Positions 47,453 through 56,856 are shown, counted from the first letter of the stretch. The stretch is DNA of 64,000 nucleotides from an uncultured virus (IMG/VR IMGVR_UViG_3300008117_008405) (IMGVR_UViG_3300008117_008405), one strand, 5' to 3'. Notes: generated by a model from the sequence alone, not told the origin. Made by a program: numbers and translations.

Positions 47453-48973
47453 TTAATCTGGCAGCAACGGTTTTGATCTAATAAGACCAAGTTCCGCTGC
47501 TGCTTTACTTACTGGTGGAAGGCTTCCAAATTTTTTGAGCACGGCATCATTTGCTAAACGATCAGCATGGTTTGACACAAAATTTATTTTTTGACTTACT
47601 GGACTGTTATACACATCCTTATGTGTATCTATGTAAGCTTGTTTGAGGGCTGCATGGGTTTCGTGTGCTGACAAGTTGGGATCAGATAGTATCTGTTGTT
47701 TCATATTGATAAATTCTTTATCAGCTTGTTTCAACAAATCTAGATGATTAGTACCCATGTTGGCAGGTGTGCTTGCTGCGTTATTGGATAAGATTGCTTC
47801 ATTCTCTGCCTTAGCTCTTAAAATATCATAGTTTTTATAAATTCCAACATCCTTGTGCGTGTCCATAAATGCCTTTTGTATTTGAAGCTTCATTTCATAG
47901 GGTGACAAGTTTTTATTACTTAATATTTCTTGCTTCATTCTCAGGAATTCCTGATCGGCGTTTGCTGTAAGTGAGGTTGGTGCTGTGGTTGTACTTGCAG
48001 GCGTTTCGGTTGATTGGGCTTGTCCAGTAACAGCATGGTGTGCTGAATCTTGTACTTGCTGAATAACATGATTAGTAAGTTTTGTTACTCCGTGGCCGAT
48101 TGCAACACCAAGAGCCATGAGGAAAGCTGCCTTCATAATTCCTATACGATTATTTTTGGCAAAGTTTCCTAAAGCTTGGAGACTTCCTTCGACAACGGCT
48201 TCGATCTTATTCTGAATATTATCAAAGAATCCACTTACGAAACCAACCCCTTGGCCAATTTTTCTACCGATCCAATTTAGAATTTTGCCTTCATTTAGTA
48301 ATTCATAATTTGGATTTGAAATCCATTCTTTGAAAGAAATATTGTTGATGTAGCCAAGAGTTTTGATTTCTTTGTAGAGCAAGTAATTATTGTAATCAGA
48401 ACAGAAAACCCATTCTGTAGCCGTGACCAATTTTTTTTTCTTTTTCTTTTTTTTTCTTCGGATTATAGGAATGTCCTCTGCGGGCTTAATAGCATCTTTT
48501 GCTGCTTGTGCTGCTGCTTGTGCCTCTGCTTCTTTTTTGCGTCTGTCCTCATCTGTGCCAAATACTTTATCAAAGCCTTTTCCAGCTACACCCAAGACAG
48601 GGGTAACAAAGATTTTTCTGGTAAAGTACAAAAAAGCTGCCATCGGGATGGCTCCCGCCCCGCCAGTCACACCAGCTGCCAACAGAGCAGCAGCTAAAGG
48701 TGCAGAAACGCCAGTAACCTCTTGGGCCTTGTTGACGAATTGTTTTGTTTTTTCTATGGCTGGCATGACTGCGTTTTTAAATTTTTCCCATGTTGGGTTT
48801 TTACCGTCCGCTCTTAATGCTTTATCTTCTTCAGTCTCGGTTGGATTCCAGTATGTGTAGCCAGATTGATAACCACGCTTGGCGTGTTTCCACATGTCCT
48901 TAATAAATTGAATTTCATCAAGCCTATCTTGCTCACATAAATCAACGAATTTTGCAAAAGTTATGTCATTCAT
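47453..48973 (-). CDS. large hydrophobic-segment protein, paralogue of upstream gene; candidate internal/ejection protein
   Basis: CEQDRLDEIQF, TG.SAPLA TM hairpin, NPNYELL.EG shared with 48973..51117; two C-terminal AD.EF..MKQ.ILS..NLS...DTHKDV repeats. Confidence 0.7.
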   Translation of the reverse strand: MNDITFAKFVDLCEQDRLDEIQFIKDMWKHAKRGYQSGYTYWNPTETEEDKALRADGKNPTWEKFKNAVMPAIEKTKQFVNKAQEVTGVSAPLAAALLAAGVTGGAGAIPMAAFLYFTRKIFVTPVLGVAGKGFDKVFGTDEDRRKKEAEAQAAAQAAKDAIKPAEDIPIIRRKKKKKKKKLVTATEWVFCSDYNNYLLYKEIKTLGYINNISFKEWISNPNYELLNEGKILNWIGRKIGQGVGFVSGFFDNIQNKIEAVVEGSLQALGNFAKNNRIGIMKAAFLMALGVAIGHGVTKLTNHVIQQVQDSAHHAVTGQAQSTETPASTTTAPTSLTANADQEFLRMKQEILSNKNLSPYEMKLQIQKAFMDTHKDVGIYKNYDILRAKAENEAILSNNAASTPANMGTNHLDLLKQADKEFINMKQQILSDPNLSAHETHAALKQAYIDTHKDVYNSPVSQKINFVSNHADRLANDAVLKKFGSLPPVSKAAAELGLIRSKPLLPD

Positions 48974-51117
48974 TATCGTTTACCGCCTCGCATAAACTGT
49001 TCTAATTCAAATTTTCTGTCTCTGAGTCTGTCAGCTTGTTTCGAAAACAGTTCTCCAATCTTTTCTAAATTAGATTTGGGGCCAGCAATCCCTTCTCTTC
49101 CAACTTTTTCTAATACTTCATTCCAATAAGTTTTCAAAGTTTGATATTCAGGGGAATCAAATTTGACTTCTGTTCCTGTGTCCTTCAAAAAGTCTGCAAA
49201 AGATTCATCGACACCTTTGTTTTTGATGACATCTGGCAACCAACTTCTCAAATTAAGGCCTGTTTTATTGAGGGTTTTTTCAATATAAGAAAACATGTTG
49301 TGTTTGTTAAGTATTATGTTGTTGTAATTATCAATATTTGCCATAGAAGCATCAATATCTTTCATACTGGCAGAGCCGAGTTTTTGCCTGAGTAAGGACT
49401 CGGCATTTTTGTATAAAGCACTATTTTTAACTGTGTCTATTATAGATTTTACTTCTGCTTTGCTCTGTATCACATTTCCAAATTGATCAACAGCGGAGTC
49501 ATCTGGAGCCATCATACTTGGATCAATATCAGATGCTACCGCATCGCTTGCTGCTTGCCCAGCATCGGCCTTGCTTTGAACTATGTTGCCAAATTGGTCA
49601 ACAGCAGAATCGTCTGGTGCCATTGAAGATACATCAATGTCTGGTATTGGCTTGCCCGTCTTTTGTGAAAAGCGCTCTAAGGCATCCGTAAACCTTTTGA
49701 AGTAACTCGATCCTAGTGAGGATGCTTTTTCATAGGCTGCGCTGAATTCTGCCTTAGTACGAGCAGCATTCATGACAGCAACAGCATCTTTATCTGGATT
49801 TTGCATATCTCTCATGACATCGACTAATCTCTGTTTTATAATTCCCCACTTTGTTACAAGACTGTCTACAATGTCTTTGCCTTGCGCTAGGGCCTGCTTC
49901 GCATCAACGGCTCTTTGAGCAACGCCTACTGCATCTGTAGAATCAGGATTAGCCCAATTTTCAGGTGGCATTCCAGCATTGGGATCAGCAGCAACATCTT
50001 CGGGAGTAGAAGGTGCTTGACCACCATAAGATTTAGCAATTTGATTTAGTTCTGCTACTTCAGCTGGAGGTACTTTAGCGCCCATGCCTATAGCTGTTTT
50101 TACTGAAGAAACAGCATCGTTTACGATAGGTGCGGTCAGTTTGGTAATAGTCCCACCAACAAGCACACCGATTGCCATTAAAAAGAGGAATTTGCCGATA
50201 GGCACTTTCCATTTCCAAACCCATTGAAGAGCCGATGCAATACCGTTGTAAAGGAATTTTGCAGTCTTTTTCACAGCTGATGACACGAATCCGGCAACAT
50301 GACCAGCGCCTCTGCCGATAAGGTTCAGCAAGTAATCGCTAACTCTTCCTTCAGTTAGTAGTTCATAATTTGGATTTGCAAGCCACTCCTTGTAGCTCAC
50401 ATCAATATCACCTTCATTTTTAAGAAATTTATATAAGCTATAGTTTCTGAAGTCGTTGGTGAATGTCCACTCATTGATGAGTGAAAAGCTTTCTTTTTGA
50501 ACTTTAGGCCCTCTGATAACATTTCTTGCCGTATCAACAGCCGTATCATACACTTTCCCGGCAAAACCCAAGATTGGTGTCATCAATATTTTTCTGGTGA
50601 AATAAAGAATCACAGCTGCCGGAATTGCAGCCATGCCTCCGTACCAGCCAGCAAATATAATTGCTATGGCTAATGGTGCGCTTATGCCTGTCATGCGTGA
50701 AGCTGCAAGTATCACATCCTTCATCTTGACGGCAAAAGATTTTACCTTATCCCAAAGTCCTTGATATTTTTCTGTGACTGCGTCAGGGTTTGCATCTTTG
50801 GGTGGTGCTTCTAAATTTATTTTTGATATATCGGTAGTAGAAATACTTTGAGCAGCGAAAGGGTCGGTTGGTTTTTGTGCTCCTTGAGCCGGTTGTTGCT
50901 GTTCAGGTTCTTGTTTTTGATCCCAAGAACCGAAAGCTGATTTGAATCCACCTTTGAGCTTGTCCCAAGCGTTTTTCAGGAATTGGATTTCATCTAAACG
51001 ATCCTGTTCGCAAGTCTTTATAAATTCTTTGAAAGTTAAATATGGAAAATATTCCCCATTTTCAAGAATGAATGGATTTTGTTTAACAGAATTAGCTGAT
51101 TTAATAATATTTTCCAT
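48973..51117 (-). CDS. large hydrophobic-segment protein; candidate internal/ejection protein
   Basis: Same architecture as downstream paralogue; duplicated MAPDDSAVDQFGN..QSKA. Confidence 0.7.
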   Translation of the reverse strand: MENIIKSANSVKQNPFILENGEYFPYLTFKEFIKTCEQDRLDEIQFLKNAWDKLKGGFKSAFGSWDQKQEPEQQQPAQGAQKPTDPFAAQSISTTDISKINLEAPPKDANPDAVTEKYQGLWDKVKSFAVKMKDVILAASRMTGISAPLAIAIIFAGWYGGMAAIPAAVILYFTRKILMTPILGFAGKVYDTAVDTARNVIRGPKVQKESFSLINEWTFTNDFRNYSLYKFLKNEGDIDVSYKEWLANPNYELLTEGRVSDYLLNLIGRGAGHVAGFVSSAVKKTAKFLYNGIASALQWVWKWKVPIGKFLFLMAIGVLVGGTITKLTAPIVNDAVSSVKTAIGMGAKVPPAEVAELNQIAKSYGGQAPSTPEDVAADPNAGMPPENWANPDSTDAVGVAQRAVDAKQALAQGKDIVDSLVTKWGIIKQRLVDVMRDMQNPDKDAVAVMNAARTKAEFSAAYEKASSLGSSYFKRFTDALERFSQKTGKPIPDIDVSSMAPDDSAVDQFGNIVQSKADAGQAASDAVASDIDPSMMAPDDSAVDQFGNVIQSKAEVKSIIDTVKNSALYKNAESLLRQKLGSASMKDIDASMANIDNYNNIILNKHNMFSYIEKTLNKTGLNLRSWLPDVIKNKGVDESFADFLKDTGTEVKFDSPEYQTLKTYWNEVLEKVGREGIAGPKSNLEKIGELFSKQADRLRDRKFELEQFMRGGKR

Positions 51118-51140
51118 AATAATTATATACTTTTTAAGGT

Positions 51141-51344
51141 TTATTTATTCTTTTTCTTTTTGCCTTTATAAAGATCGCCTCCGGGCTTTAGTCTTTTGGC
51201 AAGTTTGTACTGTGGGCTACCCTCTGGGCACTTTTTGCTGCCCATGTCTGCACAACGACCGGGATGCTTAATTGCACCAGCAATCCATTGTTTTTCTTCT
51301 AATACATAACCTTTTTCTTCGCAGTACTCATGAAACGATTTCAT
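51141..51344 (-). CDS. small basic protein with capsid-targeting-like N-terminus
   Basis: MKSFHEYCEE...WIAGAIKHPG...LAKRLK. Confidence 0.65.
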   Translation of the reverse strand: MKSFHEYCEEKGYVLEEKQWIAGAIKHPGRCADMGSKKCPEGSPQYKLAKRLKPGGDLYKGKKKKNK

Positions 51345-51385
51345 ATTAACACCTTCTAAAAGATAGTTAATATATGTATGTTTTA

Positions 51386-52060
51386 TTAAAGGAATCTTAA
51401 GGTTGTATCAGTTGCTTTATCATACTCAAATATTCTGTATGTCAACTCGCTAGCCATCATACCTTTTTTCTCGTTGCCCACCACGCTGATGGGAATGTTT
51501 GTTGGCAGGGAAGAATTTGTCAAAAATTTAGTGAAATAGTTGCCAATTAATATGAATGGATAGAACCATTTCGGAACAATATCTTTTACTAAGTAAGCTC
51601 CACCCAAATCCAAACCACAGTTACCGTACATCATTTTAACGGCTTCGGTGCAGTAGAATGACATGGGATCGTTGAAGTTGAAATCATAGCTTGGATCAAG
51701 TTCTAAAAAACCTTTGATTTGATTTTCGATGCAATTTTCAATATCTTTAGTTTTATTCTGCAATCTGTAGACACAAAAATCTGTCATATACCAGTTGTCA
51801 AACCAGTCTATTACTCTGAGTTTTCTTGTTCCCCAATCTGACACATCTATTGCGTATGTTTCACCATTCTCTACAAGGATGAGAGTGGCGTGAGAGTATA
51901 ATGATTTGGTAAAAGTTTGGATCAGTTTGCCAAAAGGTATTCCTAATGGACCTGTGACATCAGATGCATTATAAACTATATCACCAGTCTCAAGGGGAAT
52001 TTGTTTTAGTTGTTGTACTATTTGTTTTCGTCTCTCGTATAATGGTCCCGGCTTGAACAT
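51386..52060 (-). CDS. permuted papain-like NlpC/P60 (YiiX/YebB-like) amidase
   Basis: LETGDIV, YSHATL (His) precedes YDFNF...FYCTE (Cys). Confidence 0.75.
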   Translation of the reverse strand: MFKPGPLYERRKQIVQQLKQIPLETGDIVYNASDVTGPLGIPFGKLIQTFTKSLYSHATLILVENGETYAIDVSDWGTRKLRVIDWFDNWYMTDFCVYRLQNKTKDIENCIENQIKGFLELDPSYDFNFNDPMSFYCTEAVKMMYGNCGLDLGGAYLVKDIVPKWFYPFILIGNYFTKFLTNSSLPTNIPISVVGNEKKGMMASELTYRIFEYDKATDTTLRFL

Positions 52061-52268
52061 GATGAATCCTATTTTTCGTATTATAAATATAAGAGTAGAG
52101 GGTTTGGATTACTGCGGAGAAGCTTGTGACTCGTTTTGAGGAAATGATTTTCAGCATTTTACTTATTTTATCTGTAGTGGTGTTTCCTCTACTATATTTT
52201 TGGGTTTGTAAGAAATTACTCGAAGACTAGAATTTGTTAATATAGAAACTTTACTCAAGGAAGCAAAA

Positions 52269-52730
52269 ATGAAAAAAATATGTGCCTTGCTTATTCCATG
52301 TGAAGGAGAAATAAAATTAATAGAGATAAATGATGATATAGAAGAAAAGCAAAAAATGGTAGGCGGGCCAATAAGCCATGTGTCTGTTGCCGAAGACAAT
52401 CCTTTTTTGATTGTTGTAAATAAAGACGCAAAGTCTAATAAACTTCCTTTGAATATTCGTGGAACTTGTATTGCAAATAGTTTTTGCAGAGTGACCAATC
52501 AGTTTTTTCGTGATATAGCTGTTTTCGGTGATGTTTTGGTAGAAGGATGTCGTGTTGACAATGAATTACAGGAATTTGAAAGTTGTTCTCTGCCAATACT
52601 CTATCTTGAGGAAATAATAGAATTCTGCAACAAAGCAGACATATGGTGGAACTCTATGGGTAAAAAGATTGCCAACTCAGCTTATATTAAATGGCTTACC
52701 AAACCACAAAATATTGAAGAAGAATTTTAG
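52269..52730 (+). CDS. DUF3846-like protein
   Basis: QKMVGGPI...VN.D.....LPLN.R...GDV. Confidence 0.6.
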   Translation: MKKICALLIPCEGEIKLIEINDDIEEKQKMVGGPISHVSVAEDNPFLIVVNKDAKSNKLPLNIRGTCIANSFCRVTNQFFRDIAVFGDVLVEGCRVDNELQEFESCSLPILYLEEIIEFCNKADIWWNSMGKKIANSAYIKWLTKPQNIEEEF

Positions 52731-52834
52731 TTGCATTTTTAAAATCTGTTGGTAGCATGCAGTTGTCCCGGCGCAGGGTTAATCAAGCGAGTCAGAGTGC
52801 GCCATCTGATTCGAATCACGGAGGAAGTACAATA

Positions 52835-53206
52835 ATGTTGCGTTTTGCTTTTGCTGCTCTGGCAATCATGTCTCTGGCCACCGAGTCTTTTGCAGGCCCT
52901 TTCGGGCTTTTCAAGAGAGGCAGCAGTAACAACTACAGCAACCAAAACACTAACAATTCAGGAGGAACAGTCTATTATGACAACGGTGAATTGTATTCAG
53001 CGCAAGGTGTTGCTAACCGAATGGCACGACTGCTTCGTATGGCCCACCTAGGCAACCCAACTGGTGGTTATGAGGGAGTGGGAATGGGCGGTTCACCCCA
53101 AGCAGCAATCCAAAATTGCTGTTATTATGGCAGAAGGCCTCTCCGTGATAGTGGTGTGGCACAAGGTGCTAACGGCATGTGGTATGCATGCTGCCGTTAC
53201 AACTAA
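52835..53206 (+). CDS. small secreted CAP-like Cys-containing protein, planctomycete-like
   Basis: Signal peptide; SAQGVA..MA....AH.G...GYEGVG...A..NCCYYG...GVAQG..G.WYAC.RY; SD GGAGG. Confidence 0.7.
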   Translation: MLRFAFAALAIMSLATESFAGPFGLFKRGSSNNYSNQNTNNSGGTVYYDNGELYSAQGVANRMARLLRMAHLGNPTGGYEGVGMGGSPQAAIQNCCYYGRRPLRDSGVAQGANGMWYACCRYN

Positions 53207-53226
53207 TTTATTTTAAAATTTGACAT

Positions 53227-53286
53227 AACGAGCAGTAACCTCACGAAGGCGGGCCACATAGTGTGGGAGGTTGCTGCTCGTTTTTT
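53227..53286 (+). terminator. terminator hairpin with enlarged structured loop
   Basis: AACGAGCAGTAACCTC...GAGGTTGCTGCTCGTTTTTTT enclosing CCACA-TAG-TGTGG. Confidence 0.7.
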
Positions 53287-53327
53287 CGTAATTATACTAA
53301 TAAATAATAATACAAGGAAAATACACT

Positions 53328-54515
53328 ATGCCATTTATTTCAAGACCTGACGGTGATGTTAAAAAAGTTTTTATTACTGACGCTTGGCTTCTCGACCAGT
53401 TTGTAGGAAGCACTCTTTGGTCTTGGGGAAGAAATTATCAAGGAGGACTGGGGGACAACTCCGTAACCAGCAGAAGCTCTCCTGTTCAGACTGTGTCTGC
53501 TGGCACAAACTGGAAAGAAATTCATCTTGGCTCATATCATTCATTGTCTATAAAAACTGACAATGCACTCTGGGTATGGGGCTATAACAATCACGGCCAA
53601 CTAGGTACTAACAATGTAACTAATTATTCCTCTCCCGTGACTACAGCTATATCTGGAACATTTTGGAAAACATGTGCTGCTGGATACTACCATAGTGCTG
53701 CTATAAAGACAGATGGAACGCTCTGGATGTGGGGATATAATGCAGATGGAGAGCTTGGAGATAATACAGTAACAAAAAGAAGCTCTGGTGTACAAACAGT
53801 AGCAGCTGGTACAAACTGGAACAAAATATCTTGCGGTGGATATCATACTGCTTGCATAAAAACAGACGGTACGCTTTGGCTATGGGGGTATAACAACCAA
53901 GGGCAGCTTGGAGATAATACTAGAACTCATCGTAGTTCTCCTGTCCAAACAGTAGCTGGTGGAACTAATTGGCTAAATGTTTCTTGCGGAGGATTTTCAA
54001 CGGCAGCAATTAAGACGGATGGAACTCTCTGGACTTGGGGAGGCAACAGCTTCGGTGGTTTAGGAGATAACACAATTGTTGATAAGTCATCTCCGATCCA
54101 AACAATAACAGGAGGGACAAGCTGGAAACAAGTTTCGATGGGTGGTGGCAACCACACGGGGGCAATCAAGAATGACGGAAGCCTCTGGATGTGGGGGTAT
54201 AACCTTACAGGATCATTAGGGGATAATACTATTACTAACCGCTCATCTCCCGTTCAAACTGTATCTGCCGGAACAAGTTGGAAACAGGTTGATTGTGGAG
54301 GGTTTGGACAATCAACAGGAGCCATAAAAAGTGATGGAAGTCTTTGGTGTTGGGGAAGAAATGTTATTTTTGGCACATCCACCATAACCGGCCAAATAGG
54401 AACCAATGCTGCCCTGCAATTTTATTCATCTCCAATTCAAACAGTTGCTGCTGGAACAACTTGGAAACAGGTTTCTGTTGGATACAACAGAACTGCTGCG
54501 GTAAAAAATGGTTAG
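53328..54515 (+). CDS. RCC1/BLIP-II repeat beta-propeller protein
   Basis: Seven repeats LW.WG.N..G.LGDNT...SSPVQT.A.GT.WKQVS.G. Confidence 0.9.
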   Translation: MPFISRPDGDVKKVFITDAWLLDQFVGSTLWSWGRNYQGGLGDNSVTSRSSPVQTVSAGTNWKEIHLGSYHSLSIKTDNALWVWGYNNHGQLGTNNVTNYSSPVTTAISGTFWKTCAAGYYHSAAIKTDGTLWMWGYNADGELGDNTVTKRSSGVQTVAAGTNWNKISCGGYHTACIKTDGTLWLWGYNNQGQLGDNTRTHRSSPVQTVAGGTNWLNVSCGGFSTAAIKTDGTLWTWGGNSFGGLGDNTIVDKSSPIQTITGGTSWKQVSMGGGNHTGAIKNDGSLWMWGYNLTGSLGDNTITNRSSPVQTVSAGTSWKQVDCGGFGQSTGAIKSDGSLWCWGRNVIFGTSTITGQIGTNAALQFYSSPIQTVAAGTTWKQVSVGYNRTAAVKNG

Positions 54516-54596
54516 TTTTTTATTTGATTAATATGGCGAAACTTGTTATGATAAGACTTGTTTAAAGAGTCTTTTCATTCAACAAGGAGAAGAGCA

Positions 54597-54800
54597 ATGG
54601 ACTGCATTCGAGTTAAGATTGAAAATGGTTCTTATCAACCTCTTTCTAATCAAGTGGAAGACTGGGAAGCAGTCCTTTCGTTTGCTGAAAAGACTGAACA
54701 TGTGTGCCATATAGAAGGCTATAACCCTTATACAGAATGTTACAAAGTTGTCGTTGGACAGGATGAATACTTGTATTTGGTAGAAATGTTTCAATGGTAA
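54597..54800 (+). CDS. hypothetical protein
   Basis: SD AGGAG before MDCIRV. Confidence 0.55.
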   Translation: MDCIRVKIENGSYQPLSNQVEDWEAVLSFAEKTEHVCHIEGYNPYTECYKVVVGQDEYLYLVEMFQW

Positions 54801-54809
54801 GGAGGCAAT

Positions 54810-55187
54810 ATGACAAATCTCAATAAATTGTTAGATAATAACGAATTTGATAAAATTTTAGAGTACGCTATCAAAAACGAAAATGATGAATTTGACATCA
54901 TTGGACAAAAAAAACTCATTCGGTATTGCACATCAAGAGGTGCGGATACAAAATGTATTGAAAAGACGATATCCGAATATCTGAAAACTGGTGAATACAA
55001 GAAGATTGAACCATTTATGGAATTTGCTAATGTGGACACTTTGCTCATTCGGTCAGTAGAATTGAATTGGCCTGATGGAATTAATTTTGCTATCAGGAGG
55101 GGAGCAAAAAACATAGACTTTGCAATATTCAAAGCAGTTCAAATGCAAAACTATGAATTAGCTGAATATTTGCAACGCAAAAAGTGA
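54810..55187 (+). CDS. ankyrin-like helical repeat protein
   Basis: FAIRRGA.N...AIFKAV....YELAEYL; SD AGGAGG. Confidence 0.5.
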   Translation: MTNLNKLLDNNEFDKILEYAIKNENDEFDIIGQKKLIRYCTSRGADTKCIEKTISEYLKTGEYKKIEPFMEFANVDTLLIRSVELNWPDGINFAIRRGAKNIDFAIFKAVQMQNYELAEYLQRKK

Positions 55188-55202
55188 CAGGAGGGCTGAA
55201 AT

Positions 55203-56150
55203 ATGTTTACTAATACTGAAATATCAAATTTGCTCGATACTGGGGATTATCGACAACTCATTTTCTCAATCATGAGAAATAAAGAATATGATATGAAAGA
55301 TAGAAAAGATATTTACAAGTATCTCAAAAGAATTCAAGCTTTTAACAGTATGGACAGAATAGATGAAAGTCAATTTCTTTGTACTTTAGGTGATAAAGAT
55401 ATCATTTCTACATTTCTTGCAGAGGACTTTTCCCTTTTGACAACGGGAGAGCAAGAACAAATTTTTTCAATTTTATTTGAGTGTTATGATTACAAGCAAA
55501 TGCAAGAAATTTTGCCTGATGAGATTTATTTTTGCAAAGATTTTTTCAATAAAATTCTTGATGGATTTGCAGATACACCAGACTATTTTCGAAGTTTTGT
55601 AATCAGCAAATTGGATATTCATAAAATGCGTCTCAACGCACACGGTGAGGCTATTTTGTTGGCAATTGTTAAAAGAAAGTACTTGCTTCATTATTTTGTG
55701 AAACTATTTGAGGATGCAAAGAAAATTCAAGAAACTGACAATTGGTTAAAGAATTTTCTGCATGCCAACATAGGTGTGCATACAAACTTCAAAGAAGAAG
55801 ATTTGGTTTTTATATCTAAGTATTATAATCTGAAAGATATTTTCAGACAAGATGTTTTGAAATATTACTTCAATAGTGTCTACAAATGGGGAAAGCCCAG
55901 TAAGCAGAAATTAGATTTGGCAAGTTCGATTGTCAAAACAGGATTCAGAGGTGTGACGAGCGTATTCACGGAAGCAGTCAAACGAAATGATATTGAAATG
56001 GTGAAGCTACTTCTCCCGTGTAAACCTCGTCTCGATAAAGCTATGGCTTGCATCAATTCTGTACAAGTGGGAGATTTACTCAATGTCGCAAGTCAAGAAA
56101 GGGTAAAGAGAAAGGGCAAGAATTCTCTTGATCAACCTGTGGATCAGTAA
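55203..56150 (+). CDS. helical protein with C-terminal ankyrin-like repeat
   Basis: FTEAVKRNDIEMVKLLL. Confidence 0.5.
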   Translation: MFTNTEISNLLDTGDYRQLIFSIMRNKEYDMKDRKDIYKYLKRIQAFNSMDRIDESQFLCTLGDKDIISTFLAEDFSLLTTGEQEQIFSILFECYDYKQMQEILPDEIYFCKDFFNKILDGFADTPDYFRSFVISKLDIHKMRLNAHGEAILLAIVKRKYLLHYFVKLFEDAKKIQETDNWLKNFLHANIGVHTNFKEEDLVFISKYYNLKDIFRQDVLKYYFNSVYKWGKPSKQKLDLASSIVKTGFRGVTSVFTEAVKRNDIEMVKLLLPCKPRLDKAMACINSVQVGDLLNVASQERVKRKGKNSLDQPVDQ

Positions 56151-56261
56151 GCATATTTTTATTTTGAGTTGTGTTTTTTTCGTGCGTTTGGTATCATGTT
56201 CACATAGGGAATGAATCACTTCGATTCTCCCGGTTTCTTTTACTTTTTTAAGGAGGATGCG

Positions 56262-56471
56262 ATGTCTGATAAGAAGCAAGCTACCGCAACTAACACCGAA
56301 GACCGCAAGAGCAATGGCAACAGCATTTTGCTGCGTATGAGTCCTGTTCTGGCCGATGCTCTTCGGACTATTTCCAAGCGTGAAGAGCGCACTTTGACTA
56401 CCATCATGTCCCGTGCGTTCAAGGACTACATCAAGACCAACCATCCTGATATTAAGTCCGATATTGAGTAA
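56262..56471 (+). CDS. ribbon-helix-helix DNA-binding protein
   Basis: SILLRMSPVLADALRTISKREERTLTTIMSRAFKDYI; SD AGGAGG. Confidence 0.7.
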   Translation: MSDKKQATATNTEDRKSNGNSILLRMSPVLADALRTISKREERTLTTIMSRAFKDYIKTNHPDIKSDIE

Positions 56472-56488
56472 TCAATATGCATGCTGTT

Positions 56489-56530
56489 TTCAAGTCCCTA
56501 GTCAATTTGTAAGTTGACTAGGGACATTGA
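56489..56530. repeat. long hairpin upstream of the tRNA
   Basis: GTCCCTAGTCAA...TTGACTAGGGAC. Confidence 0.8.
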
Positions 56531-56552
56531 AAACCTAGAATAGAAGAGATAG

Positions 56553-56821
56553 GCCCTCATAGCTCAATGGAAGAGCAACAGCCTTCAAAAGGAGCGTTAT
56601 AAGAGAAATCTTATAATGGATCGTGTCAAATTCGGTGAATCCTTAACTGGTAACGCCGAGCCAAGCCCGGAAACGGGAAGGTGTAGAGACTGAACGGCAC
56701 GGACCTGAACAGATAATGCTGAAGGTCAAGACACAGTCCAGACCACGAACCCACATGGGGCGGTGAAAACCGTAGTGGTATGCTAAGCTGTAGGTTACAG
56801 GTTCGAGTCCTGTTGAGGGTA
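56553..56821 (+). tRNA. tRNA-Arg(UCU), intron-containing (exons 56553-56585 and 56783-56821)
   Basis: Acceptor GCCCTCA/TGAGGGT, D arm GCTC-AATGGAA-GAGC, anticodon stem ACAGC/GCTGT with spliced loop CTT|CTAA, T arm ACAGG-TTCGAGT-CCTGT; no encoded CCA. Confidence 0.9.
56586..56782 (+). ncRNA. group I intron (IC3, Azoarcus-like), 197 nt, no ORF
   Basis: P1 CUU^C-AAAA-GGAG with U.G at the splice site; P2 with GAAA loop; core GTGTCAAATTCGGTGAA, AACGCCGAGCCAAG, GGTGTAGAGACT, AAGACACAGTCC; terminal G. Confidence 0.92.
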
Positions 56822-56826
56822 TTTCT

Positions 56827-56856
56827 GGCGAATCTTTTTTAACTAATGATTAGTAT
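56827..56856 (+). promoter_or_regulatory. recurrent GGCGAA-N18-TANNAT promoter-like motif
   Basis: GGCGAATCT...TAGTAT; same spacing at 58348-58377 and 9602-9631. Confidence 0.5.

Noticed and set aside
26582..54515. RCC1 gene repeats as non-coding DNA repeat arrays
   Set aside because: The ~150-bp periodicity is explained by protein repeats in open frames.
56578..56791. Amber-suppressor tRNA (CUA) reading of the spliced loop
   Set aside because: The 5-bp stem ACAGC/GCTGT fixes the loop as CUUCUAA with UCU central, and the D-loop has the Arg-type A after GG.
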